Assembly: GCA_963712745.1 (NCBI GenBank)
Contig: CAVQJC010000010.1
Location: 96,001-160,000 of the forward strand
DNA length: 64,000 nucleotides
DNA from: an uncultured Chloroflexia bacterium
Lineage (GTDB): Bacteria > Chloroflexota > Limnocylindria > Limnocylindrales > CSP1-4
Direction of reading: 5' to 3'
This document shows, one piece after another, positions 20,971 through 32,045 of this stretch (position 1 is its first letter; each line of letters opens with the position of its first letter). Made by a program: the position numbers and the translations under genes. The notes beneath the pieces are model-generated. The model did not search any database. It saw only the letters and a program-made list of their open reading frames with translations, and was not told the origin of the DNA.

Positions 20971-22236
20971 GCCAGCATCCGTTGGATATCGGAGAACGTG
21001 ACCACCACCAGGAAGACCATCAGGGCTACCCAGCCGGTGAAGTAGACCAGGCGCTCGGTGGCCGGGCTGACGCGGTTGCCGCTGGCCGCCTGCACCACGC
21101 CCATGACCATGCGGCTGCCATCCAGTGGCGGGATGGGCAGCGCGTTGATGACCGCCAGGTTGGCCGAGAGCAGACCCACGAACCAGAGCAGGAAGACCGG
21201 CGGCAGAGAAGTGCGCACGTTGCCGACGACGTCAACGATGCCCACAGGGCCGGCCACATCATCGAGGCCGTCACCGGAGCCGCTGAGCAGCGAGACGAAG
21301 ATGTTGCCGACCGCGCGCAGGATGAGCGTGGAGGTCTCGACGGTCATGCGCACGCCGATGGCCGCCGCATCGAGGAACCCGTTCTGCTGCTCACCGAAGT
21401 CGGCCGGGCCCTGGCGGAAGCCGAGCGCACCCAATCCGGCCTCGATCTCTTCGGCCGAGCGCAGGGTGGCCTCGATCTCATCCACGCTGCCGTCGGCGCG
21501 CTCGATGGTGAGAGCGACGGTCTCGCCCGGCCGGTCGGCCAGGTACTGGATGGGCGTGATGCGGCCGCTGGCGGCCGCATCGGTGCGGGCAAGGTCGTCG
21601 AACACGGGGAAGGTCTGGCCGTCGATGGCCACGATGAGGTCGCCGCTCCGGTCGTACACGGGATACGGGATCGACCTCGCCGGTGGGGTTCCCATCGTCG
21701 TCCAGCACGGTGAACAGGTCGTACTCGATGAGCTGGCCGCCGACGAGGCCAGCCGCGGACGCCGGCGAGTCGGGCATGACCTCGGCCATGCGCACCTTCC
21801 ATGTCGGCTCTGCCATGAAGGCGATCAAGGTGAAGATGATCCAGGCCAGGACGAAGTTCACGAGAACGCCCGCGACGAGGATGAGCAACCGCGTGATGAG
21901 CGGCTGGTTGGAGAACGCGCGCGGATCGAGCGACTCGACGTCGTCGGCCCGCTCGGGCTCGAGCGTCGCCTCCTCGTCGGCCTCGGGAGTGCCGTCGGCG
22001 GGGCTGACCTCCTCCCCTTCCATGCGCACGAAGCCGCCGATGGGCAGCCAGTTGAGCGTGTAGGTGGTGTCCCCGCGCTTGAAGAGAACGCGGGCCCGCG
22101 GCGGGAAGCCGATTCCGAACTCGTGGACCTTGACACCGGCCATGCGTGCCGCCACGAAGTGACCCAGCTCGTGGACCAGCACGAGGCCGGTCAGCAAGGT
22201 CAGCAGGATGACGATGTTGACGAGCATGTCGATCAT
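20967..22236 (-). CDS. rseP: M50 site-2 intramembrane metalloprotease (RseP/RasP) with PDZ domain; +1 frameshift near 21673
   Basis: [22 protein letters not shown] in ORF 21478..22236. AGPVGI and [10 protein letters not shown] in ORF 20967..21695. Lies between dxr and ispG. Confidence 0.92.
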
Positions 22237-23465
22237 GCCGCCGTCCCTTCGGGGGCCGAGCGCGCCCAGGCACGGACCTCGGCGTCGATGGCTTCGAGCT
22301 CTTCGAGCCCGGGAGCGTGGCGGACGCTGAAGCGCTCGACGGCGGTCTCCACCAGGCGGGCCATACCCGGGTAGCTGAGGCTGCCGCCGAGGAAGCGCTC
22401 GACCGCGACGTCATCGGCCGCGATGAGCGCGGCGGTCGCGCCAGGACCGGCCTTGCCCGCAGCGCGTGCGATGGGGACCGCCGGGAAGCGGGCTTCGTCG
22501 GGGGCGGCGAAGGTCATCAGGGGATGCTCCGTGAGATCGAGTCGTGGGGCCGGTCCGGCCGCACGCCGGGGGTAGGTGACGGCGTACTGGATGGGGATGC
22601 GCATGTCGGGCAGGCCCAACTGGGCCTTGAGCGAGCCATCGATGAACTCGACGAAGGAGTGGACCAGGCTCTGGGGGTGGATGATCACGTCGATGTCCTC
22701 GTAGGGCACATCGTATAGCCAGTGCGCCTCGATGACCTCCAGGCCCTTATTCATGAGCGTGGCCGAGTCGATGGTGATCTTGGCGCCCATGACCCAGTTG
22801 GGGTGCTTGAGCGCATCCTCTGGGCGCGCACCGGCCATGCGCTCGGTGCTCCAATCGCGGAACGGGCCGCCGGAAGCGGTGAGGATGAGCCGCGAGACGA
22901 CATCAAGCTCCTCGCCCACGAGGCACTGCCAGATGGCCGAATGCTCGGAGTCGATGGGCCGCAGCCAGGCCAGCGGCGAGGCCTTCGGGTCGGCCGGGTC
23001 ACGGCCCTCGGCTTCGGCTGCGCGGGCGCGGGCCAGGGGCATCACCAGGTGTCCAGCGGATACGAGCGTTTCCTTGTTGGCCGTGGCCACGACCTTGCCC
23101 GCCGCCAGCGCGGCCAGCACCGGACGCAGGCTGACGACACCGCCGGTGGCGATGATGACCAGGTCGACGTCATCTCTGACGGCCATCTGCGTGAGGGCGT
23201 CGTCCGCATCGAGTCGGGCGGTCCCGTCAGGCACATCCAGCCTCGCCGCAGCATCCGGGTCAGCCAGCGAGGCCACGCGTGGACGGAGCAGCGCGGCCTG
23301 TTCGGATAGCTTCGCCGCGTCTCGGCCGGCCGCCAGGGCCACCACGTCGAACGATCCCGCCTCCGCGGACGTCAGCACGTCCACGGTCTGGCGGCCGATG
23401 GAGCCGGTCGAACCCAGCAGAGCCACGCCCGTGCGCTCGTTCCGCTCCCCCGTTGGAGCGTCCAT
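22233..23465 (-). CDS. dxr: 1-deoxy-D-xylulose 5-phosphate reductoisomerase
   Basis: LGSTGSIG, ANKETLV, PIDSEHSAI, HPNWVMGAKITIDSATLMNKGLEVIEA. ATG at 23465 overlaps the cdsA stop. Confidence 0.97.
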   Translation of the reverse strand: MDAPTGERNERTGVALLGSTGSIGRQTVDVLTSAEAGSFDVVALAAGRDAAKLSEQAALLRPRVASLADPDAAARLDVPDGTARLDADDALTQMAVRDDVDLVIIATGGVVSLRPVLAALAAGKVVATANKETLVSAGHLVMPLARARAAEAEGRDPADPKASPLAWLRPIDSEHSAIWQCLVGEELDVVSRLILTASGGPFRDWSTERMAGARPEDALKHPNWVMGAKITIDSATLMNKGLEVIEAHWLYDVPYEDIDVIIHPQSLVHSFVEFIDGSLKAQLGLPDMRIPIQYAVTYPRRAAGPAPRLDLTEHPLMTFAAPDEARFPAVPIARAAGKAGPGATAALIAADDVAVERFLGGSLSYPGMARLVETAVERFSVRHAPGLEELEAIDAEVRAWARSAPEGTAA

Positions 23466-24295
23466 CACGAGCCGACGATGAGCAGGTAGGCGTAGACGAC
23501 CGGTGCGGCGAAGAGGAAGGAGTCGGTGCGGTCGAGGATACCGCCGTGCCCGGGGATGAGGTTGCCCGAATCCTTGGCCCCGGCCGTGCGCTTGAGCATC
23601 GACTCCGCCACGTCCCCGGACTGGCCGGCGATGGCCACCAGCAGGCCCATCAAGAGGCCGCCGACGAGCAGTTGTCCCGCGGCCGAGGCCAGCACGCCAC
23701 CGACGATGACGGCGGCTACCGTCCCGCCGATCACACCACTCCAGGTCTTGTTGGGCGAGATGTGGTTGAGGAATCGCCCCTTCTTGAAGGTGCGACCCGA
23801 GAGGTAGGCGAACGTGTCGAAGGACCAGACTGTCAGCACCAGCACCAGCAGCCAGGTCTGCCCGGCGCTGAAGTAGCCATGTAGCAGGGCGCCTTCGGGG
23901 ATGGCTGGAGCGGCCACCAGGATGGCCGCCATGAACGCCAGCAACGAGGCGTATACGGCCCCGAAGCTGCCGCCGACCCAGGCCAGGAAGCCGTCGCGGA
24001 CCTCCGGGCGACGGAAGGCATCCATGGCGAGGATGACCAGCACAGCGGCCATGTAGACCGCGACCCAGCCGGCGTCGACGACGTCGAGGCCCATGGCCAG
24101 CACCAGCATCGGAGGCAGGACCACGCCGGGCAGGAGTCGCACCGGAAAGCCCGCGGGGGGCAACAGGCGGAAGGCCTCCACTGCAGCGAGCAGGGAGAGC
24201 GCGGCGATGCCCAAGGTGAGCCACGGCTGGCCGGCCACGAAGAAGACGATGACGACGACGGCGATGACTGCCGCGGAGATGGCCCGCTCACGCAT
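23465..24295 (-). CDS. cdsA: Phosphatidate cytidylyltransferase
   Basis: Hydrophobic; DTFAY, ISPNKTWSG, GDVAESMLKR, KDSGNLIPGHGGILDR. Confidence 0.96.
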   Translation of the reverse strand: MRERAISAAVIAVVVIVFFVAGQPWLTLGIAALSLLAAVEAFRLLPPAGFPVRLLPGVVLPPMLVLAMGLDVVDAGWVAVYMAAVLVILAMDAFRRPEVRDGFLAWVGGSFGAVYASLLAFMAAILVAAPAIPEGALLHGYFSAGQTWLLVLVLTVWSFDTFAYLSGRTFKKGRFLNHISPNKTWSGVIGGTVAAVIVGGVLASAAGQLLVGGLLMGLLVAIAGQSGDVAESMLKRTAGAKDSGNLIPGHGGILDRTDSFLFAAPVVYAYLLIVGS

Positions 24296-24306
24296 GGGCT
24301 GAGGTC

Positions 24307-25050
24307 CTAGCGCCCGAAGCGGCGGGCACGGCTGGCGTACTCGGCCACCGCCGCGTCGAGCTCAGCCGGTCCGAAGTCGGGCCAGTAGCGGTCACAGAAG
24401 TAAAGCTCGGCGTAGGCCGCCTGCCACAGCAGGAAGTTGCTCACGCGCTGGTCGCCTCCGGTACGGACGAGCAGGTCCGGATCGGGCAGGCCGGCGGTGT
24501 AGAGGTAGTCGGAGAGGGCCTGCTCGTCGAGATCGGCAAGGTTGTTGCCATCATCGACGTAGGCCCGCACAGCATCGACGATCTCCGAGCGCGACGAGTA
24601 GTTGAAGGCCACGTTGAGGACCATGCGTTGCCCGCCGGCGGTGGCCAGGATGGCCTCCTCGATCGAGGCACGCGTGGCCGGGGGGAGCTCCTCCAGCCGG
24701 CCGGCCAGCCGGACCTGGACACCTTCCTCGATAAGCTTCGGAGTCTCGTCGCGGATGGCGGCCTCCAGCAGGCCGATGAGCGTCTCGATCTCGTGGTTGG
24801 AGCGCCGCCAGTTCTCGCGGCTGAAGGCGTAGATGGTGAGAGCCTCTATGCCCAGCGCGACAGCGTGCTCGACGATGGGCCGGATGGCCTCGACGCCGGC
24901 GGCGTGCCCCTGAGCCTCGGGCACACCGTGCTCGCGAGCCCAGCGGCGATTGCCGTCCATGATGATGGCGACGTGCCGGGGCACACGCCCACCCTGGGCC
25001 GGGCGGACGTTCGCTTCGTCCATGCGCTGCGTCACCGACGGTGCGGCCAC
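24307..25050 (-). CDS. uppS: Polyprenyl diphosphate synthase
   Basis: HVAIIMDGNRRWA, YAFSRENW, DLLVRTGG, SNFLLWQ. Confidence 0.96.
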   Translation of the reverse strand: MAAPSVTQRMDEANVRPAQGGRVPRHVAIIMDGNRRWAREHGVPEAQGHAAGVEAIRPIVEHAVALGIEALTIYAFSRENWRRSNHEIETLIGLLEAAIRDETPKLIEEGVQVRLAGRLEELPPATRASIEEAILATAGGQRMVLNVAFNYSSRSEIVDAVRAYVDDGNNLADLDEQALSDYLYTAGLPDPDLLVRTGGDQRVSNFLLWQAAYAELYFCDRYWPDFGPAELDAAVAEYASRARRFGR

Positions 25051-26974
<1,924 letters not shown>

Positions 26975-27003
26975 GCTCGTGGCTATCCCTTTCGTTGGTG
27001 CTG

Positions 27004-28074
27004 CTAGGAGGCCGCCTCGGCGGTAGCCTCCTCCTTCTCTTCGGTGTCATCGGCCGGGGTCGGCTCGGCGGCAGCCTCCGACACTGCGGCGACCGGAGCT
27101 TCGGCCGCGGGCTCCTGGGCCGCGGGCTCCTCTGCCGCGGGCTCCTCTGCCCTGGCCTCCTGAGCCGCGGGCTCCTCTGCCGCGGGCTCCTGGACCGCGG
27201 GCTCCTGGGCATCGGCAGCGGGGGCGGCCTCAGCGGTCTCTTCGCCCGGCAGGACGGCTTCGTCCTCGTCGGGCTCAGGTGCGAAGCTGTAGGTGCCACC
27301 TGCAGCGACCGCGGCGACCATCTCGTCGCTGGCGGTCTCAGCATCGCTGACCTCGGCGCCCAGCGGCGGCTCCTCGGCGGCACGAGCGGCGCGCTGGCCC
27401 ATGCCCTCGATGGCGGCATCGGCCACGAGCTTGCAGAGCAGTCGGATCGAGCGGATGGCGTCGTCGTTGGCGGGGATGATGAAGTCGATCAAGTCGGGGT
27501 CGACGTTGGTATCACCGGTGGCGATGACCGGGATCTCCAGGCGGCGCGCCTCGGTCACGGCGATCTTCTCGCGCACCGGGTCGACCACGAAGATGGCGCC
27601 CGGCAGGCGACGCATCTTGCGCACGCCGCCGAGCTTCAGCTGCAGACGAGCCATCTCGTCAGTGAGGCGCGAGGCCTCCTTCTTCGACAGCCGGTCGAGA
27701 TCGCCGCTGGTCTGGCGGGCCTCGAGCTGGTCAAGCAGGCCCACGCGCTTGCGGATGGTCACGAAGTTGGTGAGCATGCCGCCCAGCCAGCGGTGGTTGA
27801 CGTAGGGCATCTCGGACCGCGTAGCTTCGTCGCGGACCGGCTCCTGGGCCTGCTTCTTGGTGCCCACGAAGAGGATGTAGTCGCCGTTCGAGACGGTGTC
27901 GCTGACGAAGTCGAGCGCATTCTCGAGAAGCTTGGCGGTCTGGGCCAGGTCGATGATGTGGATGCCGTTGCGCTCCGCGAAGATGTACGGCTTCATCTTG
28001 GGATTCCAGCGGCGAGTCTGGTGCCCGAAGTGGACACCAGCTTCAAGCAGCTGGCGCATCGAGATGGACGGCAT
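27004..28074 (-). CDS. rpsB: 30S ribosomal protein S2 with acidic repeat tail
   Basis: [37 protein letters not shown]. Confidence 0.98.
   Translation of the reverse strand: MPSISMRQLLEAGVHFGHQTRRWNPKMKPYIFAERNGIHIIDLAQTAKLLENALDFVSDTVSNGDYILFVGTKKQAQEPVRDEATRSEMPYVNHRWLGGMLTNFVTIRKRVGLLDQLEARQTSGDLDRLSKKEASRLTDEMARLQLKLGGVRKMRRLPGAIFVVDPVREKIAVTEARRLEIPVIATGDTNVDPDLIDFIIPANDDAIRSIRLLCKLVADAAIEGMGQRAARAAEEPPLGAEVSDAETASDEMVAAVAAGGTYSFAPEPDEDEAVLPGEETAEAAPAADAQEPAVQEPAAEEPAAQEARAEEPAAEEPAAQEPAAEAPVAAVSEAAAEPTPADDTEEKEEATAEAAS
27104..27208. repeat. 7 imperfect tandem copies of a 15-bp unit (gccgcgggctcctct/gg) encoding (E/Q)EPAA in the S2 tail
   Basis: Units read directly at 27104, 27119, 27134, 27149, 27164, 27179 and 27194. 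Confidence 0.9.
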
Positions 28075-28094
28075 GGGGCGTGGACCTCCTGTAC

Positions 28095-28183
28095 GGTTCT
28101 GCCTCCGCGTGCCTCATAGTCCGCAGACCGTCGGCCATGATGGGCCGCACGGCACCCCTGCGGGGAGCGGTACGCGTGTGTGA
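28095..28183 (-). ncRNA. rpsB leader (t44-like, S2 autoregulatory RNA)
   Basis: Minus strand CACACAC...GGGGTGCC...GGAGGCAGAACC resembles the conserved rpsB leader motifs. Extended -10 TGaTATCCT at ~28231-28239. Confidence 0.8.
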
Positions 28184-28295
28184 TACGCAGCGGATGCTGC
28201 GCTCCGGACTCGTCAGAGCGAGCCCGCGGGAGGATATCACGAAGGGGCCCGAACCCGTCCCCGATGCCCAAGTGACACCGGCGAGGCAGCCACGT

Positions 28296-28739
28296 TCAGG
28301 GCGGGACCAGACCGCACAGGTGAGACTCGACCGACCAGGCACCTCCGCTGGTTCGGCCGAGCGTGACCAGGTCCACACGCCATCGCGGAGCGCCGACCCG
28401 ATCGATATCGAGCGCACCATGGCCAGCACGACGCAGCCTCATGGTCGCGCGGTAGAGCCGGGCGACCTTGCGCGCATCGACCGATTCGACGGCCTGCCCG
28501 TAGCGGCGACCCGAGCGCGATCGAACCTCCACCACCACGACCGTCTCGCGGGGCCGCGGATCGAGGGCGATGATGTCGAGCTCGTCCTGGCCGACGCGGA
28601 TGTTGCGCGCGAGGATCGTCCAGCCCAGGCTTTGCAGGTAGGCAGCCGCGGCCGCTTCGGCGGCCGCCCCCACGGCCCCCCGCGGTCCGGCCGGCGGCTG
28701 CGCTGAGGGCGCGGGTCGTCCCCGTGGTGGTCGGGCCAT
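28296..28739 (-). CDS. yraN: YraN family (PD-(D/E)XK) protein
   Basis: GAAAEAAAAAYL, ILARN, ELDIIA, VEVRSR, WRVDLV; follows rnhB. Confidence 0.85.
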   Translation of the reverse strand: MARPPRGRPAPSAQPPAGPRGAVGAAAEAAAAAYLQSLGWTILARNIRVGQDELDIIALDPRPRETVVVVEVRSRSGRRYGQAVESVDARKVARLYRATMRLRRAGHGALDIDRVGAPRWRVDLVTLGRTSGGAWSVESHLCGLVPP

Positions 28740-28784
28740 GGGGTGATGGTGAGACCGGGCCCATGGCGGCTGCTTACCTCTTGC

Positions 28785-29492
28785 TTAGCTCTGACTCGAC
28801 CGGCTCTCCCGCGGGTCGTCGTCGCGCTCGGCCAGGGTGCCGTCGAGGTCCAGGCTGAGCTGGTCACCTTCGAGGATGGCGCGGATGCGCTGGTAGGTGC
28901 GCCGGTGGTGGGGGCTGATACCCAGTGTCCGCAGGCCGGTCACATGGTCCCGAGTGGCGTAGCCGGCGTTGTGCTCCCAGCCATAGCCTGGATAGCGCAG
29001 CGCCAGCCGAGCCAGCAACCGGTCACGGGTGACCTTGGCGATGATCGAGGCACAGGCGATGGCATAGGACGAGGCATCACCCTTGACGATGGGCGTATAC
29101 GGCCCGATGTGTTCCTCAATGCCCGTGATCTTCTGGCCATCGATGAGCACATGGTCGTAGGGCGGCAGGCGGCGGAGGGCACGACGCATGGCCAGATGGG
29201 CGGCGTTGCGCACGTTGAGGGTCTCGATCTCGGCGACGGAGGCGGCGCCGATGCCCCAGGCCAGGCTGCGCTGCTTGATCTCGTCCGCGAGGCGCTCCCG
29301 CTGGGCTGCGCTGAGCGTCTTGGAGTCGCGCACGCCCTTGACCTTGCGGGCGTGGGGCCTGACCAGCACGGCAGCGGCCACGACCGGCGCGCAGAGGGCC
29401 CCGGTACCGACCTCATCGACGCCCACGACCAGGCGCGAACCGTCGCGCCAGAGCGCGAACTCGGCCTTGAGGTGGGGCTGACGGGGCGACAC
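28785..29492 (-). CDS. rnhB: Ribonuclease HII
   Basis: GVDEVG, RDSK, LIDG, VKGD, ASIIAKVTRD, GYAT, HHRRTY. Confidence 0.93.
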   Translation of the reverse strand: MSPRQPHLKAEFALWRDGSRLVVGVDEVGTGALCAPVVAAAVLVRPHARKVKGVRDSKTLSAAQRERLADEIKQRSLAWGIGAASVAEIETLNVRNAAHLAMRRALRRLPPYDHVLIDGQKITGIEEHIGPYTPIVKGDASSYAIACASIIAKVTRDRLLARLALRYPGYGWEHNAGYATRDHVTGLRTLGISPHHRRTYQRIRAILEGDQLSLDLDGTLAERDDDPRESRSSQS

Positions 29493-29588
29493 TGCCCGAT
29501 GCTACCGCCGTCCTGGACAGGCAGAGCTCCGGGCGAACCCGATCAGGCGAACGCCGGGAGCGACCGCAGCCCCGCCGCGGCGACGGGA

Positions 29589-29933
29589 CTAGGCGCGGCG
29601 CTCGCGGAGGGTGGCGGCCTTGCCGACGCGCTTGCGCAGGAAGTAGAGCTGCTTGCGGCGGACGACGCCGTGCCGCACGATCTGGATCTTCTCGATGCGC
29701 GGCGAGTTCACCTTGAAGGTGCGCTCCACGCCGACGCCGCTGCGCAGGGCGCGGACGGTGATGGAGCGGGTGATGCCGCCACCACGCATACGCATGACGG
29801 TGCCCTCGAAGACCTGGATGCGCTCGCGATTGCCCTCTACCACCTTCACCGAGACGCGCACGGTGTCACCGGGCTGGATCTCCGGCAGGTCGGTTCGGAT
29901 CTGGTCGGCGACGATCTCGTCGAGAACGGTCAC
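29589..29933 (-). CDS. rplS: 50S ribosomal protein L19
   Basis: [40 protein letters not shown] start inferred. Extended -10 TGcTATACT at 30022-30030. Confidence 0.96.
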   Translation of the reverse strand: MTVLDEIVADQIRTDLPEIQPGDTVRVSVKVVEGNRERIQVFEGTVMRMRGGGITRSITVRALRSGVGVERTFKVNSPRIEKIQIVRHGVVRRKQLYFLRKRVGKAATLRERRA

Positions 29934-30065
29934 TTGGGTCACTTCCTGGTGCTGGTGCCACGACCGCATCGAATGCAGTGGGCATGCGTGGGCGGGGTCT
30001 ATCCGGCTGGGTCGATGGCGGAGTATAGCAGGCCCGTCGTCCGACGCGGTCAGCCGTGTGATTGC

Positions 30066-30755
30066 TCAGCCGGCTCGGTCGGCCTCCCCGGGCAGCAGGT
30101 CCGGCCGGTTCCGTCGCGTCCGCTCGAGGGCCTGCTCATGGCGCCACTCGTCCACGGCGCCATGGTTGCCCGACACGAGGATCTCCGGCACCGACACCCC
30201 GCGGAACTCCGGCGGGCGCGTCCACTGCGGGTACTCGAGCAGGCCCCGCGAGAATGACTCCTCCTCGGTTGAAGCTTCGTCGATGGCTCCCGGCAACAGG
30301 CGCAGCACCGCGTCGATGACCGCCAGCGCCGGGATCTCGCCGCCCGACACGACGTAGTCGCCGACGGAGAGCTCCAGGTCGACCATCGCGCGCACACGGT
30401 CGTCCACACCTTCGTAGCGCGGGCAGATGAGAACCAGGTGAGCACGTTCGCTGAGATCCTGGGCGCGTGCCTGGCGGAACACCTCACCGCCAGGGTCGAG
30501 CAGGATGCGGAAAGCAGCGGAGCCCTCGGGTGCGACCGCATCGAGCGCATCGGCGAGCGGTTCAGGGCGCAGGATCATGCCGGCACCACCGCCGTAGGGG
30601 TAGTCGTCGACCGAGCGGTGCTTGCCCAGGCCCCACTGGCGCAGGTCGTGGGCGCACAGCTTGGCGAGCCCGCGCTCGAGGGCGCGGCCCGGGATCGATT
30701 CGGCCAGGGGCCCGGGGAAGATGGCGGGGAATAGCGTGATGACGTCGATGCGCAT
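30066..30755 (-). CDS. trmD: tRNA (guanine-N1)-methyltransferase
   Basis: [41 protein letters not shown]. Confidence 0.97.
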   Translation of the reverse strand: MRIDVITLFPAIFPGPLAESIPGRALERGLAKLCAHDLRQWGLGKHRSVDDYPYGGGAGMILRPEPLADALDAVAPEGSAAFRILLDPGGEVFRQARAQDLSERAHLVLICPRYEGVDDRVRAMVDLELSVGDYVVSGGEIPALAVIDAVLRLLPGAIDEASTEEESFSRGLLEYPQWTRPPEFRGVSVPEILVSGNHGAVDEWRHEQALERTRRNRPDLLPGEADRAG

Positions 30756-31414
30756 CAGGCCGGGTCCTGCGAGCCCGCGGGTTCCTCGGGCACCGCTTCG
30801 GAGGCCGGAGCCCCGGCCTTGGCCTTGCGCGAGGACCTGGCCGCCTTCGCAGCCTTGCGATCGCGGCGAGTGAGCTCGTGGCGGCGGCGGCGACGTGGTG
30901 GCTTGTCGGGCAGGTCCAGTGCGACGGGGTCGATGACGAAGCGGCCGGCCGGGGGGTCGAAGTCGACGACCACGTCCCTGGTGCCAGGCACCAGGATCTC
31001 GCCCAGCGGTCCACCCTGGACCACGTAGACCTCCCCTCCTCCGGCGCGGAAGACGTCGGCCACCTTGCCCAGCGCGTCTCCGGCGGTGGTCACCACCTCG
31101 AGGCCCTGGACCTGGTGCCAGTAGTAGCTTCCCTCGGGCAGCGGCTCGCCCGGTTCGGCCTCCAGGTAGCGGCCGCGCAGGTGTTCGGCCGACTCGCGCG
31201 ATGGCAGCTCCGAGAAACTGACGAGGAGCCCCAGCCTGGCCGGCCCCGTCCAGTCGATGGTCAGCGCCCGGGCGTCGCCCTCGGCGAACACGACGGAGCC
31301 GACGGCGAACCGATCGGGGTCGTCGCTCAGGACCTCGACACGGACGGCGCCTCGAAGCCCGTGGAGTCCGTGCACGAGACCGACCGTGACACGCTCGTCA
31401 GCGGGCGTCGCCAC
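30755..31414 (-). CDS. rimM: 16S rRNA processing protein RimM with basic C-terminal tail
   Basis: [32 protein letters not shown]; lies between the KH gene and trmD. Confidence 0.93.
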   Translation of the reverse strand: MATPADERVTVGLVHGLHGLRGAVRVEVLSDDPDRFAVGSVVFAEGDARALTIDWTGPARLGLLVSFSELPSRESAEHLRGRYLEAEPGEPLPEGSYYWHQVQGLEVVTTAGDALGKVADVFRAGGGEVYVVQGGPLGEILVPGTRDVVVDFDPPAGRFVIDPVALDLPDKPPRRRRRHELTRRDRKAAKAARSSRKAKAGAPASEAVPEEPAGSQDPA

Positions 31415-31420
31415 GTCGCG

Positions 31421-31654
31421 CTAGACGATCTCCAGGGAGATGGGCTGGCCCTCGCGCGTGGCGACGACCTTCAGCAGGGTGCGCAGGGCCTTGGCCACGG
31501 AGCCGTTGCGGCCGATGACTTTGCCCATGTCGTCCTCGGCGACGGTGAGTTCGATGACCTGCCCGCCATCCTCTTCGTGGACCTCGACGCTGACCGCGTC
31601 GGGATCATCGACCAGGGACTTGGCTACGTAGGTGACCAGATCGACTGCTGCCAT
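31421..31654 (-). CDS. khpA: KH-domain RNA-binding protein
   Basis: KSLVDDPDAV, DMGKVIGRNG; follows rpsP. Confidence 0.93.
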   Translation of the reverse strand: MAAVDLVTYVAKSLVDDPDAVSVEVHEEDGGQVIELTVAEDDMGKVIGRNGSVAKALRTLLKVVATREGQPISLEIV

Positions 31655-31656
31655 GG

Positions 31657-31911
31657 CTACTTGAGGTCAGGCAGGATGCCGACCTGTCGGAAGAGCCGCT
31701 CCACGGTGGCGGAGGGCTTGGCGCCCTGTGCCATCCACTTGGTGGCCTTCTCAGCGTCGACGTTGATCTCGACGGGCTCGGCGCGCGGGTTGTAGTGACC
31801 CAGCGTCTCGATGGAGCGACCGTCACGGGCATTGCGGCTATCGGCAACGACGAAGCGGTAGCTGGGCTGCTTCTTCGCGCCGACTCGGGTGAGACGGATT
31901 CGGACTGCCAA
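31657..31911 (-). CDS. rpsP: 30S ribosomal protein S16
   Basis: [40 protein letters not shown] start 31911. Confidence 0.97.
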   Translation of the reverse strand: MAVRIRLTRVGAKKQPSYRFVVADSRNARDGRSIETLGHYNPRAEPVEINVDAEKATKWMAQGAKPSATVERLFRQVGILPDLK

Positions 31912-32045
31912 GGTGTTCTCAGAAACCTCCTGTGGGGCGACGGCGTTGCCGCGACGATGAAGTCCCGCGGGCATGGGCACGCCGGGCACCGCTAGGCGAT
32001 GCCCGGAGAATGGTACCGCGTTATGCGACGGTCCGCGTCGGGAGG

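Noticed and set aside
22233-24224. 663-aa dxr, and the N-terminally extended rluD, nusB, yceD and rsmD ORFs in the track
   Set aside because: The extensions overlap upstream genes in another frame. Real starts were assigned from motifs and stop/start overlaps.
27104-27208. Tandem repeat considered as a CRISPR array
   Set aside because: The 15-bp units are contiguous, lack spacers and lie in frame within rpsB. No cas genes are present.
29934-30020. Possible L19 leader RNA upstream of rplS
   Set aside because: A hairpin is present (CTGCAT-TCG-ATGCGG) but I could not match it to the known leader consensus by eye.
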